Shown here: in pieces, positions 1 to 10,416 of the stretch
How the letters are laid out: each line of letters starts with the position of its first letter
How positions within the stretch are numbered: position 1 is the first letter of the stretch
NCBI GenBank assembly: GCA_016432325.1
Contig: CP066684.1
Span: 329,018-393,017 of the forward strand
Source: Candidatus Aenigmatarchaeota archaeon
GTDB taxonomy: Archaea; Aenigmatarchaeota; Aenigmatarchaeia; PWEA01; JACQIF01
Direction of reading: 5' to 3'
Length of the DNA: 64,000 bases
Translations under genes and position numbers: made by a program
Notes under the pieces: generated by a model
What the model was told of the DNA's origin: nothing
The model's input: the letters and a program-made list of their open reading frames with translations, nothing else
Database searches by the model: none

Positions 1-34
1 AACAGGTGATTGCATCAAGAACCGACATGTCCTG

Positions 35-970
35 ATGGCGCTGTCCATTGTCCTTCTTGCGGCGCTGATATACTTCGCCGATGTGGACACAATGGCGCGC
101 GTGCTCTCTTCCGCGAATCTGGTCTATGTGGCAGCCGGCTTCGGCGTCTGGATTCCGATGACGGCCCTGCGCATATACAGATGGAAATACCTGCTCGAAA
201 AAGTCGATATCCGCCTGCCGTTCCACAAGATTTCAACGGTGTTTCTTGCAGGATTCTATCTTTCGAACATAACGCCGGCAAAGAGCGGCGACCCGATACG
301 TTCTGTGCTGCTGAGGAGGGCCTGCGGCGTCTCCTTCGCCAAGTCCCTTCCGTCGGTGCTGGTCGAAAGGCTGATTGACGTGACAGTGATGGTCCTTCTG
401 GCTCTTGTGGGCCTGCTATTCATACCGCAGGGTGCGTACACGAACTATCTCTACTCAACCGTTGGGCTCTTCATGGCCGCATCGCTTGTTGTAGTCTTCA
501 TAGTATCGTCGAGAAAGCGAACGTACGCCGTCGCCAAGACGTTCCACGGGCTGTTTTCATTCTTCCCAAAAATCAAATCTCTCGAGGGAGTCATCAAGTC
601 GCGCTCCAACGCGCTTTCGGACTCCTTCGTCACGTACGGGCACGTGCCATGGCTCATCTCCGCGGCCATAATGACGGCCTGCATCTGGTTTCTGGAAGGA
701 GTCGTGGGAAAGATTGCGTTCCTGTCTATAGGCGTAAACGTCCCTATAATGGCCGTGGTCGCTGTAATAGTCATATCAACGCTCATCGGCGTCCTCACCC
801 TTCTTCCGGGAGGCATCGGACCGACTGAAATATCTTCTGTCGCGATGTTCGTGGTTATCGGAGCCGCATCTTTGCAGGATGCCGCTGCCGCCGTCCTGCT
901 CATGCGACTCATGTCATATTGGATGTACGTAACAGCCGGTTCCGTTGTTCTCGCAACGAAAATCAAATGA
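35..970 (+). CDS. Flippase-like / UPF0104 (lysylphosphatidylglycerol-synthase TM-region-like) integral membrane protein
   Basis: 311 aa, ~8 TM segments, conserved UPF0104-type N-terminal region; ATG at 35 verified; frame open to window edge. Confidence 0.55.
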   Translation: MALSIVLLAALIYFADVDTMARVLSSANLVYVAAGFGVWIPMTALRIYRWKYLLEKVDIRLPFHKISTVFLAGFYLSNITPAKSGDPIRSVLLRRACGVSFAKSLPSVLVERLIDVTVMVLLALVGLLFIPQGAYTNYLYSTVGLFMAASLVVVFIVSSRKRTYAVAKTFHGLFSFFPKIKSLEGVIKSRSNALSDSFVTYGHVPWLISAAIMTACIWFLEGVVGKIAFLSIGVNVPIMAVVAVIVISTLIGVLTLLPGGIGPTEISSVAMFVVIGAASLQDAAAAVLLMRLMSYWMYVTAGSVVLATKIK

Positions 971-1019
971 TCGGGCCGCCGAGAGTTCACAGCAAGGGCC
1001 TTTGAAACCGAAGGTTTGA

Positions 1020-1724
1020 TTAGGCCCGCCCGAAGAAAAACAGCCTGAGAAGCAGCGCGATGTTTCCCAACAGGTCCTTGAACGCGTATTTCGGTGTGCC
1101 GGCCTCGCGCTTCCTGAAGGATATGGGAACCTCGCCGACGCGCCGCCCAGCGCGCATGAACTCGTATATCATCGCAGACTGGAAGGAAAAGTCGTTCGGC
1201 AATCTCGAAAGCTTTATTTTCGCCAGCGCGGAGGCCCTGAAGGCGCGGTAGCCTGACGTCGTGTCTGTGACAGGAAAGCCGAGGAGCTTTCTGTATAGCC
1301 AGTTGCCAACTACCGGGAATACCCGGCGATAGAAGGGGTCCAGACGGGCGCCGCCTTTGACATATCTGGAGCCCACGACAAGATCGTATCCCTTTTCCAG
1401 CTTGTCCAGGAAGCGCGGCAGTTCTCTTGGATCGTGTGAGAAGTCGGCATCCATCTCCACGACGTACTGCGTCTTGCACATCGGGAACGCAAATTTGTAC
1501 GCGGCGCCGATTCCTCTGCGTTCGGCGCGCACATAGAGCGTCACGTTTGTGTTTTTCTTCCGAAGCTCCCGAACTATCTGGGCCGTCCCGTCGGGCGACG
1601 AGTCGTCCACCACCATTATGCGGCCATCCGTCCTGTTTTCCCGAAAAACCTCCTGCAAGACGTTTACAAGTCTCGCGATGTTGTCTCTCTCGTTGTACGT
1701 CGGCACCACGACTGTCACGTTCAT
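1020..1724 (-). CDS. Dolichyl/polyprenyl-phosphate mannose (hexose) synthase, GT2 Dpm1-like
   Basis: VVVPTYNE...VVDDSSPDGT...DADFSHDP Dpm1 motifs, 234 aa; 4-nt overlap with upstream GT-C gene. Confidence 0.8.
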   Translation of the reverse strand: MNVTVVVPTYNERDNIARLVNVLQEVFRENRTDGRIMVVDDSSPDGTAQIVRELRKKNTNVTLYVRAERRGIGAAYKFAFPMCKTQYVVEMDADFSHDPRELPRFLDKLEKGYDLVVGSRYVKGGARLDPFYRRVFPVVGNWLYRKLLGFPVTDTTSGYRAFRASALAKIKLSRLPNDFSFQSAMIYEFMRAGRRVGEVPISFRKREAGTPKYAFKDLLGNIALLLRLFFFGRA

Positions 1725-3289
1725 GGTATTCCTTCCTTTCTCAATGCATATATTGTCCCGAGCTTGTTCCCCAACGGGCCATAATAATCGAACTCCCTGA
1801 CGCCCGCGTAGCCGTCAAGAACGCTGAACGAAATGACGTACGCGTCGCTGATGCTGTAGCCCCAGCCGTGCCAGCGAACGGCCGACGAACGCTCCGTGCA
1901 CCTCTCGAGGAAACGCGCGTCGTACTCGAGGCCGCCGTCTATCTGTTCGGGCGCAACGCCGCTGTCCAGAAGATAGTCTATCGCGTCCCATCTCGCCTCG
2001 TTCCATGCGAGGTAGTCGTACGTGCCGTACCATCCCCACGCCGCCGTCAGTATCAGACCGGCGACCAGCACGCGTTTGTCCAGCTTGAACTTGGCGACCG
2101 CAGGCAGGAGGAAGAGAAGCGCGAGCGGTATCAGGAAAAGGTAGTATCTGTCATAAAATGCCGTGAAGAGCAACGACTGCGCGGCCAGCGCTATTATCAA
2201 CAACGTCAGGAAGGCGCTGTCTCTGGGTCCCTTCAAAAGAACGGCGAACGCCACGAGCGCCGTGAATAAGGAGAGAGCGGTTATCGGAATCCAGAGGACC
2301 TCAGGAAAGAGAGGCGCCTTGTCCCCGGATATCGTGTAAGCGCCTACGCCGCGCGGCTCTGCAAGGCTCTTGTCGAAGGGATTGGCGTCAGGACCCGCGT
2401 AGCCACGAACGACGATGAACGAAAGCATCAGGAGCGCGACAACGAGCAGGGCGAGCTTCTTGGACCCGGCCATCTTCCCGAAGAGGGGCGCGATGCGTTT
2501 CCGCGCCGCGACAAAGGCCAGTCCGATGGGCATCAGGAAATATCCGGCGTAGATGAACAGTTGCGCGATGTTCTTGATTATGTGCGTCCCCAACGTCAGC
2601 GGATAGGGGCAGACATACGACAGGTCGCGCACCGCATAAAACCAGTAAGCCCAGCCCAGCACGCTCACCGCCGGCAGCAGAACCACAAGACCCAGCACGT
2701 CTGGCCTGAGCAGTTCCTTCCTTTTCGTCAGGAGCAGATACAGGAGCAGCGCTCCAAGAATCGTAATGACGTATTGCCTTACCCAAAAGCCGGCGACAGC
2801 CAAGAGAGAGGCGACTGCCAGATCGCGCGTCCTGCCGGCGTCAAGGAACCTTATCACGAATGTGGTGCTGGAGACGACGAAGAAAAGAGCCAGCACGTCG
2901 GTCATGAACGTGTGGGTTAGATTGTAGAAGATTGGATTGGCCAGAAGCACGCACGCTCCCAGAACGGAATATTTTCTGTCGAGCCGGGTCCTGAGCATGA
3001 AATAGGAAGCGACGACGACCGCGACTCCGGCCACCATCATCGACAGCATGAGCGTGCTATGGCTGAGACCGAAAACCGCGGCGAAGACAGAGCCGTAGAG
3101 CACCTGCAGTATGAGCGAAACCGTATAAGGCTGGTCGCTGTTCAGGTCGCCTGTTTCGATGTAATCATACACGCTCTCGTAGTACATTATATCGTCGTTG
3201 AGCGGCACGTCAGCAGGCGCTATCGAGAAGATGAGGGTTATAGACACCGCCGCAAGGAGGGCGACGCACGCGAGCTCCTTTCTATCCAT
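1721..3289 (-). CDS. GT-C fold glycosyltransferase (PMT/ArnT-like, GT39/83 family), paralog 1
   Basis: ~12 TM, 523 aa from internal ATG (listed start 3412 collides with divergent gene at 3362); paralogous to 12916-14490 (shared DVPLN[DE]D motif). Confidence 0.6.
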   Translation of the reverse strand: MDRKELACVALLAAVSITLIFSIAPADVPLNDDIMYYESVYDYIETGDLNSDQPYTVSLILQVLYGSVFAAVFGLSHSTLMLSMMVAGVAVVVASYFMLRTRLDRKYSVLGACVLLANPIFYNLTHTFMTDVLALFFVVSSTTFVIRFLDAGRTRDLAVASLLAVAGFWVRQYVITILGALLLYLLLTKRKELLRPDVLGLVVLLPAVSVLGWAYWFYAVRDLSYVCPYPLTLGTHIIKNIAQLFIYAGYFLMPIGLAFVAARKRIAPLFGKMAGSKKLALLVVALLMLSFIVVRGYAGPDANPFDKSLAEPRGVGAYTISGDKAPLFPEVLWIPITALSLFTALVAFAVLLKGPRDSAFLTLLIIALAAQSLLFTAFYDRYYLFLIPLALLFLLPAVAKFKLDKRVLVAGLILTAAWGWYGTYDYLAWNEARWDAIDYLLDSGVAPEQIDGGLEYDARFLERCTERSSAVRWHGWGYSISDAYVISFSVLDGYAGVREFDYYGPLGNKLGTIYALRKEGIP

Positions 3290-3361
3290 GTGTATCGGCC
3301 ACCCGTACGCGAAAGGAATATATAGAGCTGGTTGAGTAGTGTGCCTATATTGTGATATCCA

Positions 3362-4366
3362 ATGAAAACGCCCGTTCTTATAATCGGCGGAAGCGGCTTC
3401 CTCGGAGGCCATCTCTCGGCAGCGTTAAGGTCCCGGGGGATTGACACGAAGGTCGTCGACGTGGTCCCGTCCGAGGGCTACATCCGCGGAGACGTCAGGG
3501 ACTACAAGACAGTCCTGGAACTCACCCGCGATGCGGGAACCGTATTCCACCTTGCAGGCGAGCTGCCTCCCCACGGCTGGTCCAAGGGCAAGAAAGGCCA
3601 GATGTGGGACATAATGGTCAACGGCACGGAGAACGTGCTCAAAGCGTCTCTGGAAAACAAGGTCAAAAAGGTCGTCTACCTGTCCAGCTCGGCCGTCTAT
3701 GGCGTGCCGCTGCAAACGCCTGTCTCTGAAAACGCTCCAAAGAAACCGCTGGACGAATACGGCCGCGCAAAGCTGCGGGCCGAGGAGCTGTGTCTCGCGT
3801 ACGCGTCAAAAGGCCTCGACGTGACGATGATACGCCCGATGACGATTCTCGGGGAGGGGTTTGTCGGCATTCTGCGCGCCGTCATGGAGTTTATCTGCAG
3901 CGGCAAGCCCGTCTACATCCTGGGAAGCGGCAAAAACAGCATTCAGATGGTTCACGTGGACGACATCGTCCGGGGTTGCCTGCTGGCCGCGGACAAGGGA
4001 CGCGCCGGAGAGGCCTACAACATGGCGGCCGGGGCGCCAATCCCCACGGTCAGGGAGGAGATGGAACACATGATAAAACACGCGGGAACGAAGTCCGGCG
4101 TGCGTCCGGTGCCCGCGTTCATCGTGCGGCCTGCGCTCGCCATGGTCAAGGCCGCGGGCGTGGCCGCCGTGGGAACCGAAGTGTACAACCTCGCGGACAA
4201 GACTTTCGTGCTTTCCACGGAGAAGGCCAGGCTCGAACTGGGGTGGAAACCGACGCGCGAGATGCTTGAGTCCCTAGACGAATCGTATGACTGGTACGCG
4301 AAAAACCGGAACGCCGTAAAGCCGACGTTGAGCCCGTGGCTCAGACTGGCGATGATGCTGCCCTGA
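3362..4366 (+). CDS. NAD-dependent sugar epimerase/dehydratase (SDR, UDP-glucose 4-epimerase-like)
   Basis: GGSGFLG Rossmann motif, YxxxK region, 334 aa; TATA ~3336. Confidence 0.8.
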   Translation: MKTPVLIIGGSGFLGGHLSAALRSRGIDTKVVDVVPSEGYIRGDVRDYKTVLELTRDAGTVFHLAGELPPHGWSKGKKGQMWDIMVNGTENVLKASLENKVKKVVYLSSSAVYGVPLQTPVSENAPKKPLDEYGRAKLRAEELCLAYASKGLDVTMIRPMTILGEGFVGILRAVMEFICSGKPVYILGSGKNSIQMVHVDDIVRGCLLAADKGRAGEAYNMAAGAPIPTVREEMEHMIKHAGTKSGVRPVPAFIVRPALAMVKAAGVAAVGTEVYNLADKTFVLSTEKARLELGWKPTREMLESLDESYDWYAKNRNAVKPTLSPWLRLAMMLP

Positions 4367-4367
4367 C

Positions 4368-5243
4368 GTGATGCACATGACCTCCTCCTTCAGGAAACTG
4401 AGAAACGAACTCGTCAGAGGTTTGATATTCGCGCTGCGCGACAGGCGGATGGTCTCGCTGCTTCTGAAGAAGGACTTCTACTGGGCGTTGGCGAAACTTT
4501 CGGCCTCGTTCAGGAAGGCTGCCCAAAGATGCACAGACGCGTACGTCAGGCGACTGAACGCCGACATGGTTACGTCCATTAACGGGCGCCCGTTCCGTCA
4601 CAGGGTGCGCGACCTCGAAACAATTTGGGAGCTCACGCGCGAATGCGACTATGCGCTGAGAAAGGACTACGAGCCGCGGCAGGGCGAGTGCGTCATAGAC
4701 GCGGGGGCCGCCGTTGGCGAATATACCGTTCTTGCGTCTTCTGCTGTTGGTCCATCAGGCAAAGTGATAGCGATAGAGGCGAGCGCCGAACCGTTTGAAT
4801 ATCTGGCGAAGAATGCAAAGACGTTCAAGAACGTCATTGCGTTCCGCGCCGCCCTGAGCGGCAACGAAGGCAAGCTCAAGCTCTTCAGGCCTGCCGGCAC
4901 GGCGTTTGTGGACTCCGTGCACAAATCGTGGGACGGGCCGACCGTAGGCTACACGGTAAACGCCGTTACTGTCGATGGTCTTGTGAAGAAATTGAAGCTA
5001 CAGAACGTCGATGTTCTCAAACTCGACATAGAAGGAGCCGAACGCATGGCCCTTGCAGGCGCCAAAAGGACGTTGGCCGTGATGAAACCGAGGATAATGA
5101 TGGAGACCCACGGCGCCGACGTGCATCGCCAATGCGTCGCCCTTCTGCGCAAATCTGGATACAGGATAGATATAGAACGCATAAAGACGCGCGAACCGTT
5201 CATAGCTCTTGTCTACGCGTCGGCGAAAACGCGAACCGATTGA
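4368..5243 (+). CDS. FkbM-family SAM-dependent methyltransferase
   Basis: VIDAGAAVGEYT...KLDIEGAE FkbM motifs; GTG 4368 / ATG 4371 overlapping upstream stop. Confidence 0.7.
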   Translation: MMHMTSSFRKLRNELVRGLIFALRDRRMVSLLLKKDFYWALAKLSASFRKAAQRCTDAYVRRLNADMVTSINGRPFRHRVRDLETIWELTRECDYALRKDYEPRQGECVIDAGAAVGEYTVLASSAVGPSGKVIAIEASAEPFEYLAKNAKTFKNVIAFRAALSGNEGKLKLFRPAGTAFVDSVHKSWDGPTVGYTVNAVTVDGLVKKLKLQNVDVLKLDIEGAERMALAGAKRTLAVMKPRIMMETHGADVHRQCVALLRKSGYRIDIERIKTREPFIALVYASAKTRTD

Positions 5244-5245
5244 TT

Positions 5246-6787
5246 CTACGTGTCGCGCACGTAACGCCCAAGAACTCTGCGGGCGGCCGCGAACAGACCG
5301 CGGCCCACCGTGGCCTTGTTCGAGAGATATTCCAGCACGCGGAGATCCTCCTTCCTGTAGAAGCGCAGGGGGATGAGCGCCAAGGCGTAGACGACTGACG
5401 CAACAGCCGCCCCGGCGGCTTGCCACGCGGCGCCTGCCGTAACATAGTTCACTGCCAGGAGGGTTGCGGCGAATATCGACGTAGCGATGGCAATCTTGAA
5501 AAGCGCCCAAAGGTCAAGATTTACGCCCAGCCGCCGTTTCACGTAGACGGCGTTTGCCACGAAGAAAACCAGCGTGGCTCCCAGATAGGACCATGCCATC
5601 CCGAACTCGGCAAAACGCATCGTCAACGGCACGGCCAGCAGCAGGAACGCCACCAACGCCAGTATCGTTATGTTGCGGCTCGCGACTGGCCTGCGCATCG
5701 CATATATTGTAGTGTTAATCATCCCTCCGATTCCCAGCAGGAAGACGGCTATCGATATGAACGGCAGAAGCCTGGCCGCGGGGAGATATGCGGGGCTTGC
5801 AAAGAACAGTATGACCGTTTCCGACAGAACCAGCAGCAGCGCTATCGCAGGCATAGTTATGAACGCGGCGTACCTGATCACTATGTTCAGCAGTTCCGTT
5901 TGCCTGGCGCGTCCACCCTTCTCCGCAGAGAGCCCGGACGCGATTGGAAAGAGGGCCGCCGTGAGCACTCCGGGTATCGATATGAGCGGCGAAGTCAGCG
6001 TAATGCCTACCGCAAAAAGACCAGTGGCCACGGAACCGGCCACACTGTTGAGCACGATGTTCGGCGTGTTGGAAAATCCCAGCATGGCTATGCTGGCCGC
6101 GAATGCGGAAAGGGAGTAGGTGAACACCTCCTTGCCGTTGGGGGCGACGGAATCTTTTCTGAAAGCCATCATCAGCGTGTCGCCGCGCATGCATACGACA
6201 ACAAGCACGCTCGACAGGAGACCGGCCAGGGGTCCGAAATATTCGAAGCCCGCGAGCACGAGCGCGACAGCTACGACCAGCTTCGACACGTTGCCCGCGA
6301 AATTCGAGATGAGAACTCTCTTCATCGACTGGAGACCGTAAAGAACGGCCGTCGTCAGTCCCAGCATGGCGAACAGAACCACGCCTGCCGCGACCAGCGC
6401 TATCGTACCGACAGGCAGGTTCAGTATCGGCGCGAAGGTGCCCGCGAAAAATACAAGAACAGCGGCGATGGCCATGCTTGTCGTTGCGGCGACTTTCAGC
6501 GACAACCTGACGATGCCGTGCGTCCTCTTCGGTTTCCTTATTCTGTCGTATTCTGAGACCATTTTGGAGAGAGTCGTCTGCAGACCCAGAAGCGCCAGAC
6601 CCGACAGGAGTATCATCATGCTTATGGCGGTGGCGACAACGCCGTAGGCCCCGCTGTCAAGCGTCTTGGCCATGAAAAGCCAGAAAATCAGGGAGAAGAC
6701 GGTTGTCGTCATCCAGTCGAGGAACAGATAGGCCGAGTTTCCTACGAGTCGCTTTCCTTCTGCCATGCGCTTCACCAACATCTGCAT
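5246..6787 (-). CDS. Wzx-like oligosaccharide flippase (MOP superfamily polysaccharide biosynthesis protein)
   Basis: 513 aa, ~14 TM, polysaccharide-biosynthesis-protein N-terminal signature. Confidence 0.75.
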   Translation of the reverse strand: MQMLVKRMAEGKRLVGNSAYLFLDWMTTTVFSLIFWLFMAKTLDSGAYGVVATAISMMILLSGLALLGLQTTLSKMVSEYDRIRKPKRTHGIVRLSLKVAATTSMAIAAVLVFFAGTFAPILNLPVGTIALVAAGVVLFAMLGLTTAVLYGLQSMKRVLISNFAGNVSKLVVAVALVLAGFEYFGPLAGLLSSVLVVVCMRGDTLMMAFRKDSVAPNGKEVFTYSLSAFAASIAMLGFSNTPNIVLNSVAGSVATGLFAVGITLTSPLISIPGVLTAALFPIASGLSAEKGGRARQTELLNIVIRYAAFITMPAIALLLVLSETVILFFASPAYLPAARLLPFISIAVFLLGIGGMINTTIYAMRRPVASRNITILALVAFLLLAVPLTMRFAEFGMAWSYLGATLVFFVANAVYVKRRLGVNLDLWALFKIAIATSIFAATLLAVNYVTAGAAWQAAGAAVASVVYALALIPLRFYRKEDLRVLEYLSNKATVGRGLFAAARRVLGRYVRDT

Positions 6788-6863
6788 GATGGAATCGAAA
6801 TCTCAATTTCATGGTCTCCCGTTGGGAGATTTGGAATAGCAATTTCATGTTCGGCCATGCGCG

Positions 6864-7853
6864 CTACACCTTTTTCGTCCAGTTTCCTGCCGCGCGGAAC
6901 GGGTTGCCCACGTATAACGTCAGGTAAGAGAGCCCACCCCGCCGCGGAACAGAGACGCGGTCGCGGTTGAGCACGAACTCCGTCAAGCCGCGCAGCGTCG
7001 AGAGGACGAACTCCGGATTGCCGTCGATTATGGTCTGCTTCATCGATTTGACGGCATCGAACGCGAGCATGAAAGGCAGCACCAGCGCGAAGTCCGCCAC
7101 GCGCAGGTTCCTCCAGTACGTGAGATATTTGTTGCGCGCTATAAGCTTCTGCTTGCCCGCGTGGGCGTTGTTGGCCGTGAGAGACGCGGAGCCCTTGTGG
7201 TAGATTATCGATTTGGGGGCATATACAATCCTGAATCCCGCGTTGTGGGTCCGCCACGCAAGGTCCAGGTCCTCGAAGAAGAGTCCGTAGTACGGAGGGA
7301 ATATTTCCTTCAGCTCGTCGAGCACGCGCCTCGGAAACGCGAAGCACCCGCCTGTCGCGCATGCCAGTTCCGTCACATCGCGATGGAAGATTCCCTTCAC
7401 CATCTCCTCGTTCACGAGCGTTCCGTAGAAGGTCAGGGTTCCTCCAACCGGTTGGACCTCTTCGGTAGGACCGTTGACCCACGACCTGACCTGCGGCACG
7501 ACGCAGCCGATGCGCGCGTCGCGCGAGAAAGCGGCCATCACTTCTTTCAGCGCGTCTCTGTCAACTATCATATCGTTGTTCATGAAAAGCACGTACTCGC
7601 CTTTTGCGAATGGGAATCCGTAGTTCATGCCGCCGCATATGGCGATATTCGGGTACACGCGCTTGAGCACGACGTTGTCCATCCCGAGCTTCCCGACGCC
7701 GTTCTTGAGCTTCAGGTAGTCCTCTTCGGTAGAACCGTTGTCCACGACAATAACCTCGAAGTCGCCGAACGTCTGGCTCTTCATCGATTCCAGGCATTGC
7801 AGAGTGTGTTCAGAGGTATTCCATGATAGCATGAGTACGCTGAGCTTTGGCAT
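6864..7853 (-). CDS. Glycosyltransferase family 2
   Basis: VLMLSWNTSEHT...VIVVDNGS...DxD GT-A motifs. Confidence 0.8.
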   Translation of the reverse strand: MPKLSVLMLSWNTSEHTLQCLESMKSQTFGDFEVIVVDNGSTEEDYLKLKNGVGKLGMDNVVLKRVYPNIAICGGMNYGFPFAKGEYVLFMNNDMIVDRDALKEVMAAFSRDARIGCVVPQVRSWVNGPTEEVQPVGGTLTFYGTLVNEEMVKGIFHRDVTELACATGGCFAFPRRVLDELKEIFPPYYGLFFEDLDLAWRTHNAGFRIVYAPKSIIYHKGSASLTANNAHAGKQKLIARNKYLTYWRNLRVADFALVLPFMLAFDAVKSMKQTIIDGNPEFVLSTLRGLTEFVLNRDRVSVPRRGGLSYLTLYVGNPFRAAGNWTKKV

Positions 7854-7859
7854 GAACGG

Positions 7860-8588
7860 TCACCTGACCCTCTTCAGCCAACCGCCGGGGTGCATCGTAA
7901 GCAACAGCCTTTCGCGCCTGAGGTCTGCCACGAAATCGTTTCGTCCCTTCAGGAACTCCCTGACGGCTTCCATCGGCCCGGGTCCGAACAGCGGATCAAC
8001 CGGATGGCCGTTGATGTTGGTGTCCTCGACCACCATGTAGCCTCCTATTGGCACAAGGGCGGCGTACGATTCCATCTCTTTCAGGACGTGCGCCATGCCG
8101 TGGTCCGAGTCCAGGATAACAAGGGCCTTCTTCCCGTCGGCCATCTTTTTAACCTTCTCCACTATCGACGGGTCTGTCGAAGAGCCTATCAGTTTTGTGA
8201 CGCGCGGATGGGACGCCTTGCAGGGAAGGATGTCTATCGTCACAATCTCTCCCCTCTTACGGAGATCGAACAGGGAAGCGAAAAACATCGCGGATCCGCC
8301 GTCGGCCGTGCCCGTTTCCACGATGACATCGGGATTTGTCTCGTGTATTATCTCCTGGTACATCCAAAGGTCCGAGGGGAGCTTCTGCACCTTTGTCCCG
8401 AACCAATGGACGCCCTGAACGGTGTCGGGTTTGTTATAATAGATTTTGTGGAACTGGGCCGTGTAGTATCTTTCCAATAGCTTTAGGCGTGCCCTGTCCG
8501 CACGCAGCCACATCTTCACGAGAAGTCCGCGGATTCCCTTCTCCTTCAGGATTCTCCTTGATCTGGACATTATGCTGGAGCTGCTCAT
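7860..8588 (-). CDS. CmcI-family (cephalosporin-hydroxylase-like) class I SAM methyltransferase, sugar O-methyltransferase-like
   Basis: QEIIHETNPDVIVETGTADGGSAMFFA...VILDSDH typical CmcI/MtfB signature. Confidence 0.7.
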   Translation of the reverse strand: MSSSSIMSRSRRILKEKGIRGLLVKMWLRADRARLKLLERYYTAQFHKIYYNKPDTVQGVHWFGTKVQKLPSDLWMYQEIIHETNPDVIVETGTADGGSAMFFASLFDLRKRGEIVTIDILPCKASHPRVTKLIGSSTDPSIVEKVKKMADGKKALVILDSDHGMAHVLKEMESYAALVPIGGYMVVEDTNINGHPVDPLFGPGPMEAVREFLKGRNDFVADLRRERLLLTMHPGGWLKRVR

Positions 8589-8692
8589 GGTATCCGCCCG
8601 CTCTGGACGAAGATGTCTTATCGCGGCCCGGAGGGCCGGTCGACGTTCCTAGAAACTACGCGCTTAAATACCCGCAATCGAAGGGAATCGTT

Positions 8693-9388
8693 ATGTATAA
8701 AGGCAGGACCGTTTCCGTCGCCATTCCCGCCTACAACGAAGAGAAGGCCATAGCCCGCGTTATCAGGGACTTCAAGAAACCTTATGTCGACGAACTCATT
8801 GTCGTGGACAACAACAGCAAGGACAGAACGGCGGATTTTGCCAGGAGAGCCGGAGCGCGCGTTGTTCGGGAGACAAAGCAAGGCTACGGACACGCCATCA
8901 TGCGCGGCATGCGTGAAGCGAAGGGCGACTGGATTGTCGTCGTGGACGCCGACTCGACGTACGTGGCAGACGACATGGAAAAGCTGTTCGCATATACGGA
9001 TGTGGCCGACCTGGTCCTCTGCACCAGAGTCACGCGCGAATTGGTCGAGCCCGGAGCAAGCATGGGCCCGTTCCTCTTCTACGGAAACCTGTTCATCGGG
9101 AAGCTCATGGAACTTCGTTTCGGCAGGAAAATCAAATGCACGGACCTCGGATGCACGTTCCGCCTGGTAAAGAGGACCGCCCTGAAGAAAATCATAAGCA
9201 AGCTCTACGTGGGCGGAGCGCATTTTTCACCGCATATGAGAATCGTCGCCATGGAAAACGGTCTGAAGGTGATCGAGATACCGATACGTTACAGGGCGCG
9301 CGTCGGCGAGTCGAAACTGTCCGGAACAAACATACCACGATCATTCATGCTCGGCCTGAAGATGATAAAATTGATCCTCACGACGTAG
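8693..9388 (+). CDS. GT2 Dol-P-hexose synthase-like glycosyltransferase (second Dpm-like)
   Basis: SVAIPAYNEE...VVDNNSKD...VVDADSTY; internal ATG 8693 (listed ORF over-extended into divergent promoter). Confidence 0.75.
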   Translation: MYKGRTVSVAIPAYNEEKAIARVIRDFKKPYVDELIVVDNNSKDRTADFARRAGARVVRETKQGYGHAIMRGMREAKGDWIVVVDADSTYVADDMEKLFAYTDVADLVLCTRVTRELVEPGASMGPFLFYGNLFIGKLMELRFGRKIKCTDLGCTFRLVKRTALKKIISKLYVGGAHFSPHMRIVAMENGLKVIEIPIRYRARVGESKLSGTNIPRSFMLGLKMIKLILTT

Positions 9389-9522
9389 TCTGGCCGCCGA
9401 ACGCGTAAACGCCGGACCATGGTAAGCAGACTGCGAATTCCAAAACCGGGCAGCTGCTGGGACACCTCCAGGTAAGTATAAATAGCTGGGTCGGCGGTAG
9501 GTTCGTAACGGTGACCCGCCTA

Positions 9523-10416
9523 ATGAAGATTCTTGTAACAGGAGGCTCCGGTTTTGTGGGGCGCAACCTGATTCCCAGGCTGTGGGACAGTCACGAGATA
9601 ATCAACCTTGATATCGCCGGAATGGACGATCCGCTGTTCAATTCAAAGGTTACGACCGTTCTTGCCGACATGACAGACTTCTCCAGCCTGCAAAAAGCCC
9701 TCGGAGAGCACATGAAAGGCGTGGACGTCGTTGTCCATCTCGCGGCCCTTTCCAGAGAGGCGCAGAGCAACACCATGCCGGACGATTACTTCAAAGTAAA
9801 CGTCGGCGGCACTTACAACCTGCTTCGTCTCGCGAAGGCCAACAATATCAAGAAATTCGTCTTCGCCTCGTCCTTCCTCATATACGGAAACCACGCGACG
9901 GATCGCATCACAGAACAGCATACGCCGCAACCGTCCACCGTCTATGCGGCGACAAAGGTGGCCGGCGAGGCGCTGGTGAGATCTTTCGGGACCCAGTACG
10001 GATTTGACTACGTGATTCTCAGGAAGGGCAACATATACGGCCACAAAGACACCCACAAGAGGATAATAGACATCATGATAGACAGGGCCAAGAAGGGCGA
10101 AGACGTCGTCTTGTTCGGCGACAAGACGCTGGATTTCGTGCATATCGACGACGCCGTAAAGGCGTATCTGGCCGCGATAGGCCTTCAGGGCTCGGGCACA
10201 TTCAACGTGGGCTCCGGAAAGGGCATGAGGCTCGAGGACATGGCAAACATGATAATAGGCGGACTCAAGTCCACGTCTGCCATCAGGAAGGCCGGGCCTG
10301 TCACCGGCGACTCGATGCATTTCGTCGCAGACCTGGCCACGACAGGCAACCATCTGGCGTATCGGCCAACGGGCGACGTCAGGAATTTCATACTGGAGAA
10401 GATATCCGATGCTTGA
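9523..10416 (+). CDS. NAD-dependent epimerase/dehydratase, candidate CDP-4-keto-3,6-dideoxyhexose 4-reductase (RfbJ/RfbS-like)
   Basis: MKILVTGGSGFVG..., ~297 aa SDR, immediately upstream of and overlapping E1 gene. Confidence 0.65.
   Translation: MKILVTGGSGFVGRNLIPRLWDSHEIINLDIAGMDDPLFNSKVTTVLADMTDFSSLQKALGEHMKGVDVVVHLAALSREAQSNTMPDDYFKVNVGGTYNLLRLAKANNIKKFVFASSFLIYGNHATDRITEQHTPQPSTVYAATKVAGEALVRSFGTQYGFDYVILRKGNIYGHKDTHKRIIDIMIDRAKKGEDVVLFGDKTLDFVHIDDAVKAYLAAIGLQGSGTFNVGSGKGMRLEDMANMIIGGLKSTSAIRKAGPVTGDSMHFVADLATTGNHLAYRPTGDVRNFILEKISDA

Noticed and set aside
10-1479. Long ORFs 10..378 (+), 15..281 (-), 451..1479 (-), 1427..2269 (+) overlapping annotated genes
   Set aside because: Antisense or out-of-frame to genes with clear family motifs; typical high-GC spurious ORFs (Arg/Pro/Ala-rich, no motifs).
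8336-8692. 119-aa N-terminal extension of GT2 ORF (Cys/Pro-rich)
   Set aside because: Runs through the divergent promoter region; Dpm1-like domain begins at ATG 8693 just downstream of TATA GCTTAAATAC.
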